Positions 1 to 8,819 of a stretch of DNA of 64,000 bases are shown piece after piece (position 1 is the first letter of the stretch; each line of letters begins with the position of its first letter). The stretch spans positions 21,030-85,029 of the forward strand of contig JAJRTN010000039.1 of assembly GCA_024278275.1 (NCBI GenBank). Direction: 5' to 3'. The position numbers were made by a program, and so were the translations under genes. The DNA comes from Candidatus Hydrogenedentota bacterium (GTDB taxonomy: Bacteria > Hydrogenedentota > Hydrogenedentia > Hydrogenedentales > JAJRTN01). A model generated the notes under the pieces. It saw nothing but the letters and a program-made list of their open reading frames with translations, did not search any database and was not told the origin of the DNA.

Positions 1-75
1 GCCACCAGCCCCACGGCCAGGATGGTCAGGGCCACCATGACCTCCAGCAGGGTGAAACCGCCGTTTCGCTTCATG
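1..75 (-). CDS. prepilin-type N-terminal cleavage/methylation domain protein (pseudopilin), 5' end only; gene continues past the window start
   Basis: Minus-strand translation of 1-75 gives MKRNGGFTLLEVMVALTILAVGLV: class III leader with G at -1, F at +1, E at +5 and a hydrophobic helix. Truncated by the window edge, so absent from the ORF track. Confidence 0.55.
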
Positions 76-102
76 CAAAATACCTCGATGTTACTGTCCG
101 CA

Positions 103-984
103 TCAGGACGCGATCTTGACGCGCCCCGTGGATTTGAAAAGTTGGATTGGTGTATGGACGAATTCGCCGTTCGGGTTCTCGATGTCCACCAGGCGCTCGG
201 AAGGATCTTCCTCGGGACCGGGCGCGACATAGATGGTGTACCGTTCCTTCGCGCCCGCGGTGATGAGTCGCCCCGACGAACGGAACACGTGGGCCGGGAA
301 AAAGGCCGTAACCGGGTTGTCCCGCGCGGGATCGCCGGGGGGGGCCAGGGGGCCGGAATCTTCCAGGTACGCCTCGATCTTCGTCATGCCGAGTTCGCTC
401 AGGCCGCGAACCCCCGATCCTGCATCCGACTCCTTCGGGTAATCCGCCGGCAGGCGGGGCGTGAGGAGCGGCTGGATGAGATCGGGGAAGCCCGGCTCGA
501 CCGGGTTGTTCAGTAAAATACAGGTCCGGCCCGTGAGGGTGCGGAAATCACCCTGTTCGCCCTTTACGGGCACGTACTTCCCCGCGAAGGCGCCGCTGGT
601 CGAAGGCAGTTCGTACAGCATAGCCGCCGAGCGGATGATGCGAATGATGTTGCCCGTCACCGAATCGGTCATGGGCTCCACCATGAGCGTGTCCCCGGCA
701 CCGTCCAGGTAACCGTCGTTGTTGGCGTCCAGGGACGGGGATGTGTAATTGTCGAAGCTGTAGGCCACCGCCGTGTTCACGTTAAAGGTGGAGGCATAGA
801 TGCGGGCGGCCCGCAGGAAGGCATACAATTCGCGGGAACTGCGCTGCAATTCGTTCCGGGAAAACACGCCGATACGCGCCATGCCGGGCACGGCCAGGGC
901 GGCGAGGATGGAGATCATCCCCAAAACCACCAGCAACTCGACCAAGGTGATACCCGGCGCGCTTTTCCAACGGCTTGTTGCCAC
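103..984 (-). CDS. pilin-like protein with prepilin-type N-terminal domain (large pseudopilin / minor pilin)
   Basis: ORF 103..1002 contains ...KSAPG/ITLVELLVVLGMISILAALAVP with G at -1 and E at +5. The track start at 1002 is a GTG. A second in-frame GTG at 984 follows GAGGAGAG by about 9 nt and gives a short leader MATSRWKSAPG, so it is the likelier start. Confidence 0.75.
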   Translation of the reverse strand: MATSRWKSAPGITLVELLVVLGMISILAALAVPGMARIGVFSRNELQRSSRELYAFLRAARIYASTFNVNTAVAYSFDNYTSPSLDANNDGYLDGAGDTLMVEPMTDSVTGNIIRIIRSAAMLYELPSTSGAFAGKYVPVKGEQGDFRTLTGRTCILLNNPVEPGFPDLIQPLLTPRLPADYPKESDAGSGVRGLSELGMTKIEAYLEDSGPLAPPGDPARDNPVTAFFPAHVFRSSGRLITAGAKERYTIYVAPGPEEDPSERLVDIENPNGEFVHTPIQLFKSTGRVKIAS

Positions 985-1009
985 GGCTGCTGCTCTCCTC
1001 ACGGCCGGT

Positions 1010-1912
1010 CTAGCGGTAGAACCGCATCCAGCTCTGTCCTTTGTCCCAATTGTTCACATCATCGCCGCCCCCCATGAGAATGGGGTCCTGCGCGTCATAA
1101 AAAAGCTCGCGGTCGCTGCCCACGCCGGGCTGGATCCAGGGTATCTGGGTTGCCGCGCCGCGCTGGTCTCCGGAACTGATGCTCGAGAAGTCCACGATGG
1201 CCTGGCCGGACTGCAAATTCTCGCCGTAGGAGTAGACATAGGCGGTTAACTTGGTCGTGGCCGGGTAGCCAATCTCAACGGTTTCGCCAATTTCATCGTC
1301 TTCCACCTGGAGGATCAGGCCGTCATCGGGATCCGGCTTGCTGCCCGGCAGATTGTCCACGGCCCGCTGGTAAACGCGGAAAGGCACCGGCGAGTTCACC
1401 ACGTTCCCGAAACGCCTTGGCCGGGGCAGGGGACCGGGCCAGATCTGGTAAAGCTTTTCACCCCACGGGTCGTTTGCCAGGTCAAGATAGCCGGTACCGA
1501 GATCCTTCACCACATCCTTCCTCAGAAAATGGGAATAGGCGACGCCCAGTTCGGAATCAACCCGCGTCGAATCCAGGGCACTCCGCCCTTCGCGCAACAG
1601 GGCGTAGAAGGTGCGCGTGTAGATCCGCTGCGTGGCCGACAACTGGGCGGCGGTCAGGGCGCCCCCCCCGTAACCGATGAAGCTCCGTATGTTGGCGTCG
1701 TTGAGCAGATGCTTGAGGCTGCTGCGCCCCGAATCGGCCAGCATGGTGGTAAGGGCCAGGTCGATGCCCTGGATATCCGCCAGCGCCGCGGTTGCTTTGC
1801 CGCGGCGGAAATAGCTGGCCGCCTTGGGCACGGCAATAGCCGCCAGGATCGAGATGATCCCGATCACCACCAGCAGTTCGACCAGTGTGAAGCCTCGCCT
1901 TTGAGCGAACAT
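1010..1912 (-). CDS. pilin-like protein with prepilin-type N-terminal domain
   Basis: Internal ATG at 1912 preceded by GGGAG gives MFAQRRG/FTLVELLVVIGIISILAAIAVP (E at +5). The track ORF 1010..2092 is an N-terminally over-extended version. Confidence 0.8.
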   Translation of the reverse strand: MFAQRRGFTLVELLVVIGIISILAAIAVPKAASYFRRGKATAALADIQGIDLALTTMLADSGRSSLKHLLNDANIRSFIGYGGGALTAAQLSATQRIYTRTFYALLREGRSALDSTRVDSELGVAYSHFLRKDVVKDLGTGYLDLANDPWGEKLYQIWPGPLPRPRRFGNVVNSPVPFRVYQRAVDNLPGSKPDPDDGLILQVEDDEIGETVEIGYPATTKLTAYVYSYGENLQSGQAIVDFSSISSGDQRGAATQIPWIQPGVGSDRELFYDAQDPILMGGGDDVNNWDKGQSWMRFYR

Positions 1913-2015
1913 ATTCTTTTCTCCCTCGTTCCCGTGCCGGCGTCCCGGCCGGCGGTACCGCACGAAAGACGCGCCGTCCGTGTGCGAACTTCGGCGGCGC
2001 GCCTGCGCAAACTGC

Positions 2016-3251
2016 CTACTTGTTGATCTGGTCGCCCAAGGTGAAGATGGGCAGGTACAGGGCCACGACGATGAAACCGATGACACCGCCAAGGCAGATG
2101 ATGATGGCCGGTTCGAGGAGGGTCAACATGCCCTCCACGGCCATCTTCACTTCTTCGTCGTAGATGTCGGCCACCTTCATGAGCATGGCGTCGAGACTGC
2201 CCGTCTCCTCGCCCACGTCGATCATGTTCACTACCATGGGCGGGAAAACCTTGGTCTCGTCCAGGGGGGCGGCAATGGTGTCCCCCTCCCTGATGCTGTC
2301 ATGCACTTTGTCCACGGCGTACTGCACGACGCAGTTGCCGATGGTCTCGCGGGTAATCTTGAGCGCCTGGAGGATAGGCACGCCGGAGTTAATCAGGGTG
2401 CCCAGGGTTCGCGCGAAGCGCGCCACGCTGACCTTAATCACCAAATCGCCCACCAGGGGCACTTTCAGGACCACACGGTCGACCACCCGCCCGACGATTT
2501 TGATCTTCATCACCAGCTTAAAGGCAATGACAAACCAGCTCACGGCGACAATACCTTTCCACCACTCGTAAATGGCGAAATCACCGCAGGTAATAAGGAA
2601 CTGGGTGGGCCAGGGCAGGTCGCCGCCGAACTCCTCGAAGATGTCGGCGAAGACGGGCACCACCTTCAGCAACAGAAACATGACAATGCTGAAGGCGATG
2701 ACGATAACCGCGATGGGGTAGATCAGGGCGGCTTTAACGCGACGCTTGAGGGCTTCCCGGCGTTCCATGAACATGGCCAGGCGCTGCAGCACCACCTCCA
2801 GCATGCCGCCCACCTCGCCGGCGCGCACCATGTTCACGTAGAGCCGGTCAAACTGCCGGGGGTGCTTGGCCAGGGCCTCGGAGAAAGTGGCGCCGCCCTG
2901 AATGTCGCTTGATATTTCCTTGATGATGTCGCGCAGCTTACAGGGCTTGAGCTGGGCGACAAGCACGCTCAGGCAACGCAGCAGCGGGAGACCGGCGTCG
3001 ATAAGGGTTGAAAGCTGACGCGTCATCACGACGATCTCTTTCTGCTTCACGCCGCCGAAGTAAAGCTCGTCGAGCCCCTTCTTCTCCTTGCGCGCCTTCT
3101 TCTCATCACGCCGCGTCGCTTCGCGCACGTTGGTGGGATAAAGCCCCAGGGCGCGCACGTCGTTAATGGCAAGGGCCTGGCTGTCGGCGGTCACCACGCC
3201 GAAGATGGACTTGCCTTCCTTGTTCAGCGCTTTGTAAGCAAACTTGGGCAT
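2016..3251 (-). CDS. pilC: type IV pilus assembly / T2SS platform protein (GspF/PilC family, two T2SSF repeats)
   Basis: 411 aa. Family-typical segments (for example LRAGEVGGMLEVVLQRLA and the C-terminal 3-TM region) repeated twice. SD GAGGAA upstream of the ATG at 3251. Confidence 0.9.
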   Translation of the reverse strand: MPKFAYKALNKEGKSIFGVVTADSQALAINDVRALGLYPTNVREATRRDEKKARKEKKGLDELYFGGVKQKEIVVMTRQLSTLIDAGLPLLRCLSVLVAQLKPCKLRDIIKEISSDIQGGATFSEALAKHPRQFDRLYVNMVRAGEVGGMLEVVLQRLAMFMERREALKRRVKAALIYPIAVIVIAFSIVMFLLLKVVPVFADIFEEFGGDLPWPTQFLITCGDFAIYEWWKGIVAVSWFVIAFKLVMKIKIVGRVVDRVVLKVPLVGDLVIKVSVARFARTLGTLINSGVPILQALKITRETIGNCVVQYAVDKVHDSIREGDTIAAPLDETKVFPPMVVNMIDVGEETGSLDAMLMKVADIYDEEVKMAVEGMLTLLEPAIIICLGGVIGFIVVALYLPIFTLGDQINK

Positions 3252-3265
3252 GCCGGATTCCTCGC

Positions 3266-5020
3266 TTAGTCTTCGAACTTGTCGGTGTGAATCAACACTT
3301 CCTCGGCGCTGGTAATGCCTTGCACCGCCTTGATAAAGCCTTCCTCGCGGAGGGTGCGCATGTTCTGTTTGGTCCGCGCATAACGCCGTATGTCAAAGGC
3401 CATGGCGCGATCCAGGATCATGTCGTTCACGGTCTCGTCCGCAATGAGCAACTCGTAGAGTCCCGTGCGTCCCATATAGCCCACGTAGTCGCAGGCAGGA
3501 CAACCCTTGGGCCTGAAGAACTGCAAATTCGGATCCGCCCGCCACGAATCGGGCAATCCCAGCAGTTCCATCTCCTCCTCGTCGGGCCGGTAGGCCTGCC
3601 GACAGTGCCGGCAGAGCACGCGGACCAGCCGCTGGGCCAGCACGGCCTCAAGCGACGCGGTGATGAGGAAGGGTTCCACGTCCATGTCCAACAGGCGGGT
3701 AATGGTCTCGGGCGCGCTGTTGGTGTGGAGCGTGCTCAGCACCAGGTGCCCCGTAAGCGATGCCTCCACCGCGATATTGGCGGTCTCCAGGTCGCGAATC
3801 TCACCGACCATCACGATATCGGGGTCCTGGCGCAGGATGGAGCGAAGGCAGGCGGCGAAGGTCAGGCCAATCTCCTCATGCACCTGGCACTGGATAAGGC
3901 GGTCAATCTGCAACTCCACCGGGTCCTCGGTGGTGATGATCTTCACATCAACCTGGTTGAGCACGTTAAGGCAGGCGTACAGGGTGGTGGTCTTGCCGGA
4001 ACCCGTGGGCCCCGTGACCAGCATGACGCCATTGGGTTTATGGATGACGTTGTCGATCTTTTTCAGCACGTCGGGGCTGAAACCCAGAACGTTCAGGTCG
4101 ATCTTGACCGCGGTTCGGTCAAGAATACGCATCACCACCATCTCGCCGTAAAGCGTGGGCAGCGTGGCGACGCGGATATCAATGAGGCTGTCGCCCACCT
4201 TCAGTTCGATACGCGCGTCCTGGGGAAGGCGGCGCTCGCTGATGTCCATGTTACAGATAACCTTGATGCGGGACACCAGGGCGATGGCCATGCTCTTGGC
4301 CGGACTCACCAGCTCGTGCAGTACACCGTCCACGCGCAGCCGAATACGGAAGGTATCCTCGTACACCTCGAAATGAATATCGGACGCGCGCTTCTGCACG
4401 GCTTCCAGGAACACCAGGTTGACGATCTTGATGACCTCGGGCTGCTGGGAGAGTTCGACCAGGTTGTCAATATCACCGACGATCTCCTGCTGGCCCAACT
4501 CTTCGAGGGTCAGCTCCGCGGTACCCACGAGTTCTTCCAAGCTGTCCAGCATTTCGGAAACGGAGCTGGACTCGGTGGTGTAGTTGGCCTTGTGGGCCGC
4601 GCTGATATCCTCCTGGTTGCTCACCGCGCCCCGCACTTCCATGCCCGTGATCTGGGACAAATCGTCGAGGGTGTGCACATTCAGCGGATCGGCCATGGCC
4701 ACGACCAGCACGCCGTCGGTGATGCGAATCGGCAAAACCGTATAGAACTTGGCCACATCCTTCGATATCTTCTGAAGCACTTCCTCGGGAATCTTGAGCT
4801 TGGCCACATCAACCCGTTCCATACCGGACTGGATGCCGAGGGCTTCAATGATGTTCTGCTCTTTGCAGTAGCCCATGCTGACCAACACGCGCCCGAGCAT
4901 GTCGCCCGTCAGGCGCTGGCGCTGAACGGCCTCGTCAAGTTGGAGCGGTGTAATAACGCCCTGCTCGATAAGAATATCGCCCAACTGCTTTTCGCGGGAA
5001 TCTTCCGGTGCTACCGCCAT
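3266..5020 (-). CDS. GspE/PilB-family secretion ATPase (N-terminal MshEN-like domain plus AAA core)
   Basis: 584 aa. Walker A GPTGSGKTTTLYA and a C-terminal tetracysteine (CRHC...CPAC). N-terminus has QLGDILIEQGVITPLQLDEAVQRQ matching the MshEN-type motif. SD GAAGGAG. Confidence 0.92.
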   Translation of the reverse strand: MAVAPEDSREKQLGDILIEQGVITPLQLDEAVQRQRLTGDMLGRVLVSMGYCKEQNIIEALGIQSGMERVDVAKLKIPEEVLQKISKDVAKFYTVLPIRITDGVLVVAMADPLNVHTLDDLSQITGMEVRGAVSNQEDISAAHKANYTTESSSVSEMLDSLEELVGTAELTLEELGQQEIVGDIDNLVELSQQPEVIKIVNLVFLEAVQKRASDIHFEVYEDTFRIRLRVDGVLHELVSPAKSMAIALVSRIKVICNMDISERRLPQDARIELKVGDSLIDIRVATLPTLYGEMVVMRILDRTAVKIDLNVLGFSPDVLKKIDNVIHKPNGVMLVTGPTGSGKTTTLYACLNVLNQVDVKIITTEDPVELQIDRLIQCQVHEEIGLTFAACLRSILRQDPDIVMVGEIRDLETANIAVEASLTGHLVLSTLHTNSAPETITRLLDMDVEPFLITASLEAVLAQRLVRVLCRHCRQAYRPDEEEMELLGLPDSWRADPNLQFFRPKGCPACDYVGYMGRTGLYELLIADETVNDMILDRAMAFDIRRYARTKQNMRTLREEGFIKAVQGITSAEEVLIHTDKFED

Positions 5021-5046
5021 GATGCAGTTTGCTCCTTCACGCCGCC

Positions 5047-6144
5047 CTAACCGGCCGCGGGTTTGGCTCCATCACCCCCCTGAATCGCTTTGCAGGTCGC
5101 CGTGAATTCCTCGGCGTGCTGCGCTCGGATAAGCAATTCCTCAAAATCACAAATGCCACGTTTGTAAAGCGCAAAAAGGTGCTCATCCAGAAGGTTCATG
5201 CCGAACTTATGCCCGGTCTGGATGGCCGACGTAATTCGATAGGACTTGTTTTCACGAATGAGATTCTGAATGGCCGGCGTGGTGATCATGATCTCGAAGG
5301 CCGCCACCCGGCCGTAACCGCCTTTGCGCGGCACCAGGGTCTGGGAAATAACCGATTTGAGGTTGCCGGCAAGCTGCGTGCGAATCTGTTCCTGGGCATT
5401 GTTCGGAAAAGCGTCGATGATACGGTCCACGGTGCGCACCGCACCCGTGGTGTGCAAGGTTCCAAAAACCAGGTGACCGGTCTCCGCCGCCGTAATGGCC
5501 GCCTCGATGGTCTCCAGGTCGCGCATTTCACCCACGAGAATCACGTCGGGGTCCATGCGCAACGCACGGCGCAGGGCCTCCGAGAAGGTGGGCACGTCAA
5601 CGCCCACCTCGCGCTGGGTGACAATACTGTTCTTGTGGTTGTGGAAATACTCGATGGGGTCTTCCACCGTGATGATGTGATGACCACGGTTCTGATTGAT
5701 CCAGTCGATCATCGTGGCCAAGGAGGTGGACTTACCGGAACCCGTCGGCCCCGTCACGAGAATCAGGCCGCGGGGCTGATCAATCACTTCCTTGATAATC
5801 GGCGGCAAACCGATTTCCTCGAAGGTGAGAATCTTTCGGGGAATCAGGCGCAGCACAATACCCACGTGCCCGCGCTGCTTGAATATGGACACGCGGAACC
5901 GGGCGACGTCCTCGAAAGCGAAGCCAAAGTCGCTGCCGCCCACCTCCTGCAATTCCTGCTGGTTGTCCACCGACGCAATGCTCTTCATAAGGCTTTCGGT
6001 ATCTTCCGATGACAGGGGATTGTCACCGAAATACTGAAGCTTGCCGTGAACCCGCCCCACGGGGGGATTGTCCACGCCAATATGCAAATCGGACCCATCG
6101 CGGTCGATGAGCATCCGCAGCAAACTCACCATTTCATAGGCCAT
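5047..6144 (-). CDS. pilT: twitching motility / pilus retraction ATPase PilT
   Basis: 365 aa, [19 protein letters not shown]. PilT-length with no N-terminal GspE domain. SD AGGAGAG. Confidence 0.92.
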   Translation of the reverse strand: MAYEMVSLLRMLIDRDGSDLHIGVDNPPVGRVHGKLQYFGDNPLSSEDTESLMKSIASVDNQQELQEVGGSDFGFAFEDVARFRVSIFKQRGHVGIVLRLIPRKILTFEEIGLPPIIKEVIDQPRGLILVTGPTGSGKSTSLATMIDWINQNRGHHIITVEDPIEYFHNHKNSIVTQREVGVDVPTFSEALRRALRMDPDVILVGEMRDLETIEAAITAAETGHLVFGTLHTTGAVRTVDRIIDAFPNNAQEQIRTQLAGNLKSVISQTLVPRKGGYGRVAAFEIMITTPAIQNLIRENKSYRITSAIQTGHKFGMNLLDEHLFALYKRGICDFEELLIRAQHAEEFTATCKAIQGGDGAKPAAG

Positions 6145-6156
6145 GAAACGTCTCTC

Positions 6157-8025
6157 CTATGCCGTTACGGCGGCTTCCGCTTTCGGCGTGTCATTGCGGT
6201 GCAACGGTTCGTCCACGCGGGTGCGCTTGTTAACCTCTTCCACCGTGGTAATACTCTTGAGCGCCTTCTGCCAGGCATCCTCCCGCATGGTGGTCATGCC
6301 ATCGAGACGCGCCTGGCGCCGAATGGCCACGGCGGACTGGCCCGCCATCAGCATCTGGCGAATGGCGTCGGTGGTTTGCAGCAATTCATAGGCACCCAGC
6401 CGGCCCAGGTAGCCGGTGTTGTGACAATTGTCGCAGCCGACCCCGTGGTAGAGTTTCACCTGATCCAAATCCACCGGGAAACCCAAACGTTCGATCTGCA
6501 CGGGATCGGGCTCACACACCTCTTTGCACCAGTTGCAAATGGTTCGCATCAGGCGCTGCGCCAAAATGGCCCGCACACCGGACGCCACCAGGAAGGGCTT
6601 AATGCCGATATCGATCAAACGGGTGAACGAACTGGCCGTGTCATTGGTGTGCAGCGTGGAGAACACGAGGTGACCGGTGAGGGCCGCCTTGATCGCGATC
6701 TCCGCGGTCTCAATATCTCGAATCTCACCCACCATCACGATGTCCGGGTCCTGGCGAAACATGGCGCGCAAGGCACGCCCGAAATCCCAGCCGATCTCGT
6801 GATTGATTTGCACCTGGTTGATACCGCTGAGCTGGTACTCGACCGGGTCCTCCACCGTGATGAGCTTGGTATCGGGTTTGTTCAGCGTGTGGAGGGACGC
6901 ATAGAGCGTGGTCGTCTTGCCCGAACCCGTCGGCCCCGTCACCAGCACCACGCCCGTGGCGTTGGTAAGAAGCTTCTCCCAATCACTTTGATCCTGCTCG
7001 GACATGCCCAACTGCCCCAAGCCCAAAAGCAGACCGCTCTTGTCCAGGATACGCATGACCACGCTTTCACCATAGGAGGAAGGCAGCGCGCTCACGCGAA
7101 GGTCAACCACTTTACCACTCAGATTCATCTTGATGCGGCCGTCCTGGGGAACGCGCCGTTCCGAAATGTCCATGCCCGACATCAGCTTGAGACGGGAAAT
7201 GATGGAGGCCTGGGCGCGTTTGGGCGGTGGCGGCATAAGCTGCATTACCCCGTCAATGCGGTACCGTATCTTGATGTCCATCTTCCCGGGTTCCACGTGA
7301 ATATCACTGGCCCGCAGCCGGAACGCTTCGAGGATCGTCTGGTTAATGTACTGCACCACCGGGCTGTTCGCGTCGTCCTCGTCCCCCTCCGTCATAACGC
7401 CACCGCCCGCACCGTCCTCCAGGTCCATCGCATCCATGCTGATGCTGCTCATGCTGATGTCACTGGCGCTCATGCTGCCCATACTCAATGAACTGTCGCC
7501 CAGACTCAAATTCGACATGCTGCTCAGGGAGCTTACGCTGCTGGCGCTGCTCGCCGAGGAAAGCATGGTCTCCACCGTGTTGTCCTGCAGGTTGTAGTAA
7601 TTGCCCAGCGCCGCGCGAATGTCTTCGGGGGTGGACAACACAAACTCCACGGGCCGCCCGAGAAGACGGCTCAGGTTGTCCTGGGTGTTGACATTGGTGG
7701 GATCCGCCGTGGCAACAACCAGGGTATCGCCACGCTCCTCCACCGGAATCACCCGGTAAAGCGTGGCAATACTGCCGTCCACCATGCCCCGAACCCGCTC
7801 AGGGATATCCCGTTCCGAGAGCTTCACCACCGGGATAGCTAACTGATCAGCCAACCCCTCGGTGATATGGCTCTTGCTGATGTGTCCCAGACGCACCAGG
7901 ATTTCACCGAGTTTGCGATGCCCCATGGTCGTCTGTTGCCGATGTACGGCTTCATCCAATTGCTGTTGGCTGATGATGCCGCGCTCGACCAGCCGACGCC
8001 CGAAAAGAGAGTACACGCCTTGCAT
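6157..8025 (-). CDS. pilB: PilB-type assembly ATPase with a Ser-rich low-complexity insertion between the N-terminal and ATPase domains
   Basis: 622 aa. N-terminus LFGRRLVERGIISQQQLDEAVHRQ matches the MshEN-type motif. Walker A GPTGSGKTTTLYA and C-terminal CNWC...CDNC. SD GAGAGGTG. Confidence 0.92.
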   Translation of the reverse strand: MQGVYSLFGRRLVERGIISQQQLDEAVHRQQTTMGHRKLGEILVRLGHISKSHITEGLADQLAIPVVKLSERDIPERVRGMVDGSIATLYRVIPVEERGDTLVVATADPTNVNTQDNLSRLLGRPVEFVLSTPEDIRAALGNYYNLQDNTVETMLSSASSASSVSSLSSMSNLSLGDSSLSMGSMSASDISMSSISMDAMDLEDGAGGGVMTEGDEDDANSPVVQYINQTILEAFRLRASDIHVEPGKMDIKIRYRIDGVMQLMPPPPKRAQASIISRLKLMSGMDISERRVPQDGRIKMNLSGKVVDLRVSALPSSYGESVVMRILDKSGLLLGLGQLGMSEQDQSDWEKLLTNATGVVLVTGPTGSGKTTTLYASLHTLNKPDTKLITVEDPVEYQLSGINQVQINHEIGWDFGRALRAMFRQDPDIVMVGEIRDIETAEIAIKAALTGHLVFSTLHTNDTASSFTRLIDIGIKPFLVASGVRAILAQRLMRTICNWCKEVCEPDPVQIERLGFPVDLDQVKLYHGVGCDNCHNTGYLGRLGAYELLQTTDAIRQMLMAGQSAVAIRRQARLDGMTTMREDAWQKALKSITTVEEVNKRTRVDEPLHRNDTPKAEAAVTA

Positions 8026-8051
8026 TTGTTCACCTCTCTGTGCGTGTCAAT

Positions 8052-8161
8052 CGCAAAAAAACGATTTTCGACAAAACCACCACCCCACCCGGCACACAGT
8101 CACCGTCCAACGGCAATATGCGTGTCCGCGGGGAATCGAAAAAACGATTTTGCAAATGACC
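8052..8161. promoter_or_regulatory. two direct repeats (about 40 bp units, AAAAACGATTTT core) upstream of the pilB operon
   Basis: 8041-8078 tgcgtgtcaatcgcaaaaaaacgattttcgacaaaacc versus 8119-8161 tgcgtgtccgcggggaatcgaaaaaacgattttgcaaatgacc. They lie 15-135 bp upstream of the pilB start in a relatively AT-rich 790-bp intergenic region. Confidence 0.4.
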
Positions 8162-8630
8162 CTCTATGCACACCTTAACTGTACCAAAGAACGCCCAAGT
8201 TGTCAATGTGAATAATGCTGGATATTGTTGAAATATAACGACTTACGTCACAAATTGTCAATTAATTACCCTGGTAATCACCATCCCGCGGGGTCAGGGC
8301 GTCCAACCAAAGCCGCCCCAGAAAAAAAATGGTTCATGGCGCACTACCGGTGTACATCATGCCAAGAGGATGATCCAAGCGCTCCCTCCAACGCAAACGC
8401 CCCTTCACCATGCGGCAATGGTCGGGCGTCGCCATTCCACACGGAAACACCAAACACCGCGCACGCAAAAGGAAAAACGTTTACGTCACGTTTAAGAAAC
8501 CCATGTAAGTGTCAATACTCCATTCTTACGCAGTCCCGCCGGGATGTCAAGTGTCTTCTTGCCGGTGCCCGTTGCGAAAATAAAGATTGCAGACTTCTTT
8601 ATTTCCCCCGAAACTGGCCTGGCGCCACCG

Positions 8631-8718
8631 CTCTCCTCCCGTCATTCCCGCGAAAGCAGGGCTCCATGGGATCGGGGGGAAGCACCTTGACCTTTTCCGT
8701 GGATTCCCGCTGCGCGGG
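8631..8718. repeat. palindromic MITE-like repeat, copy A (composite: half unit plus full unit in reverse orientation)
   Basis: ccgtcattcccgcgaaagcaggg ... ccgtggattcccgctgcgcgggaatgacgg, with terminal inverted repeats cgtcattcccgcg / cgcgggaatgacg. Translated artefacts of it appear in ORFs 8587..8823 and 8642..8938. Confidence 0.7.
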
Positions 8719-8819
8719 AATGACGGAAGGGGGACGTCGGGAGGTTACCCGCCACCGGGCACCACGACGAGCCGAAACGAGACAGGCGTGCGCAAAGGAA
8801 GGCTGGTGAAGTATCCGGG

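Noticed and set aside
1913-2092. N-terminal extensions of track ORFs (1010..2092 and similarly 12640..14184, 24035..25504, 32539..33603, 36513..37706, 37706..39178, 42726..44105, 55932..57314, 59108..59788, 62004..63704)
   Set aside because: Extensions lack conservation and RBSs. Internal starts coincide with conserved N-termini, signal peptides, SD sequences or stop/start overlaps with upstream genes.
3421-3440. tcgttcacgg copy of the CCGTTCACGG-core motif inside the gspE coding sequence
   Set aside because: A single partial copy inside a conserved CDS without flanking similarity. Probably chance.
3287-7491. 587-aa and 481-aa plus-strand ORFs (3287..5050, 6046..7491) and 5029..6012 opposite the gspE/pilT/pilB genes
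   Set aside because: Antisense to three ATPase genes with unambiguous Walker motifs. His/Gly/Arg-rich junk translation.
8026-8819. sigma-54 (-24/-12) promoter upstream of pilB despite the nearby PilR-type activator
   Set aside because: Candidate GG...GC elements (for example ggtgcccgttgc near 8545, ggtgccacacgc near 16851) have 10-bp rather than the required 12-bp offset, so no confident call.
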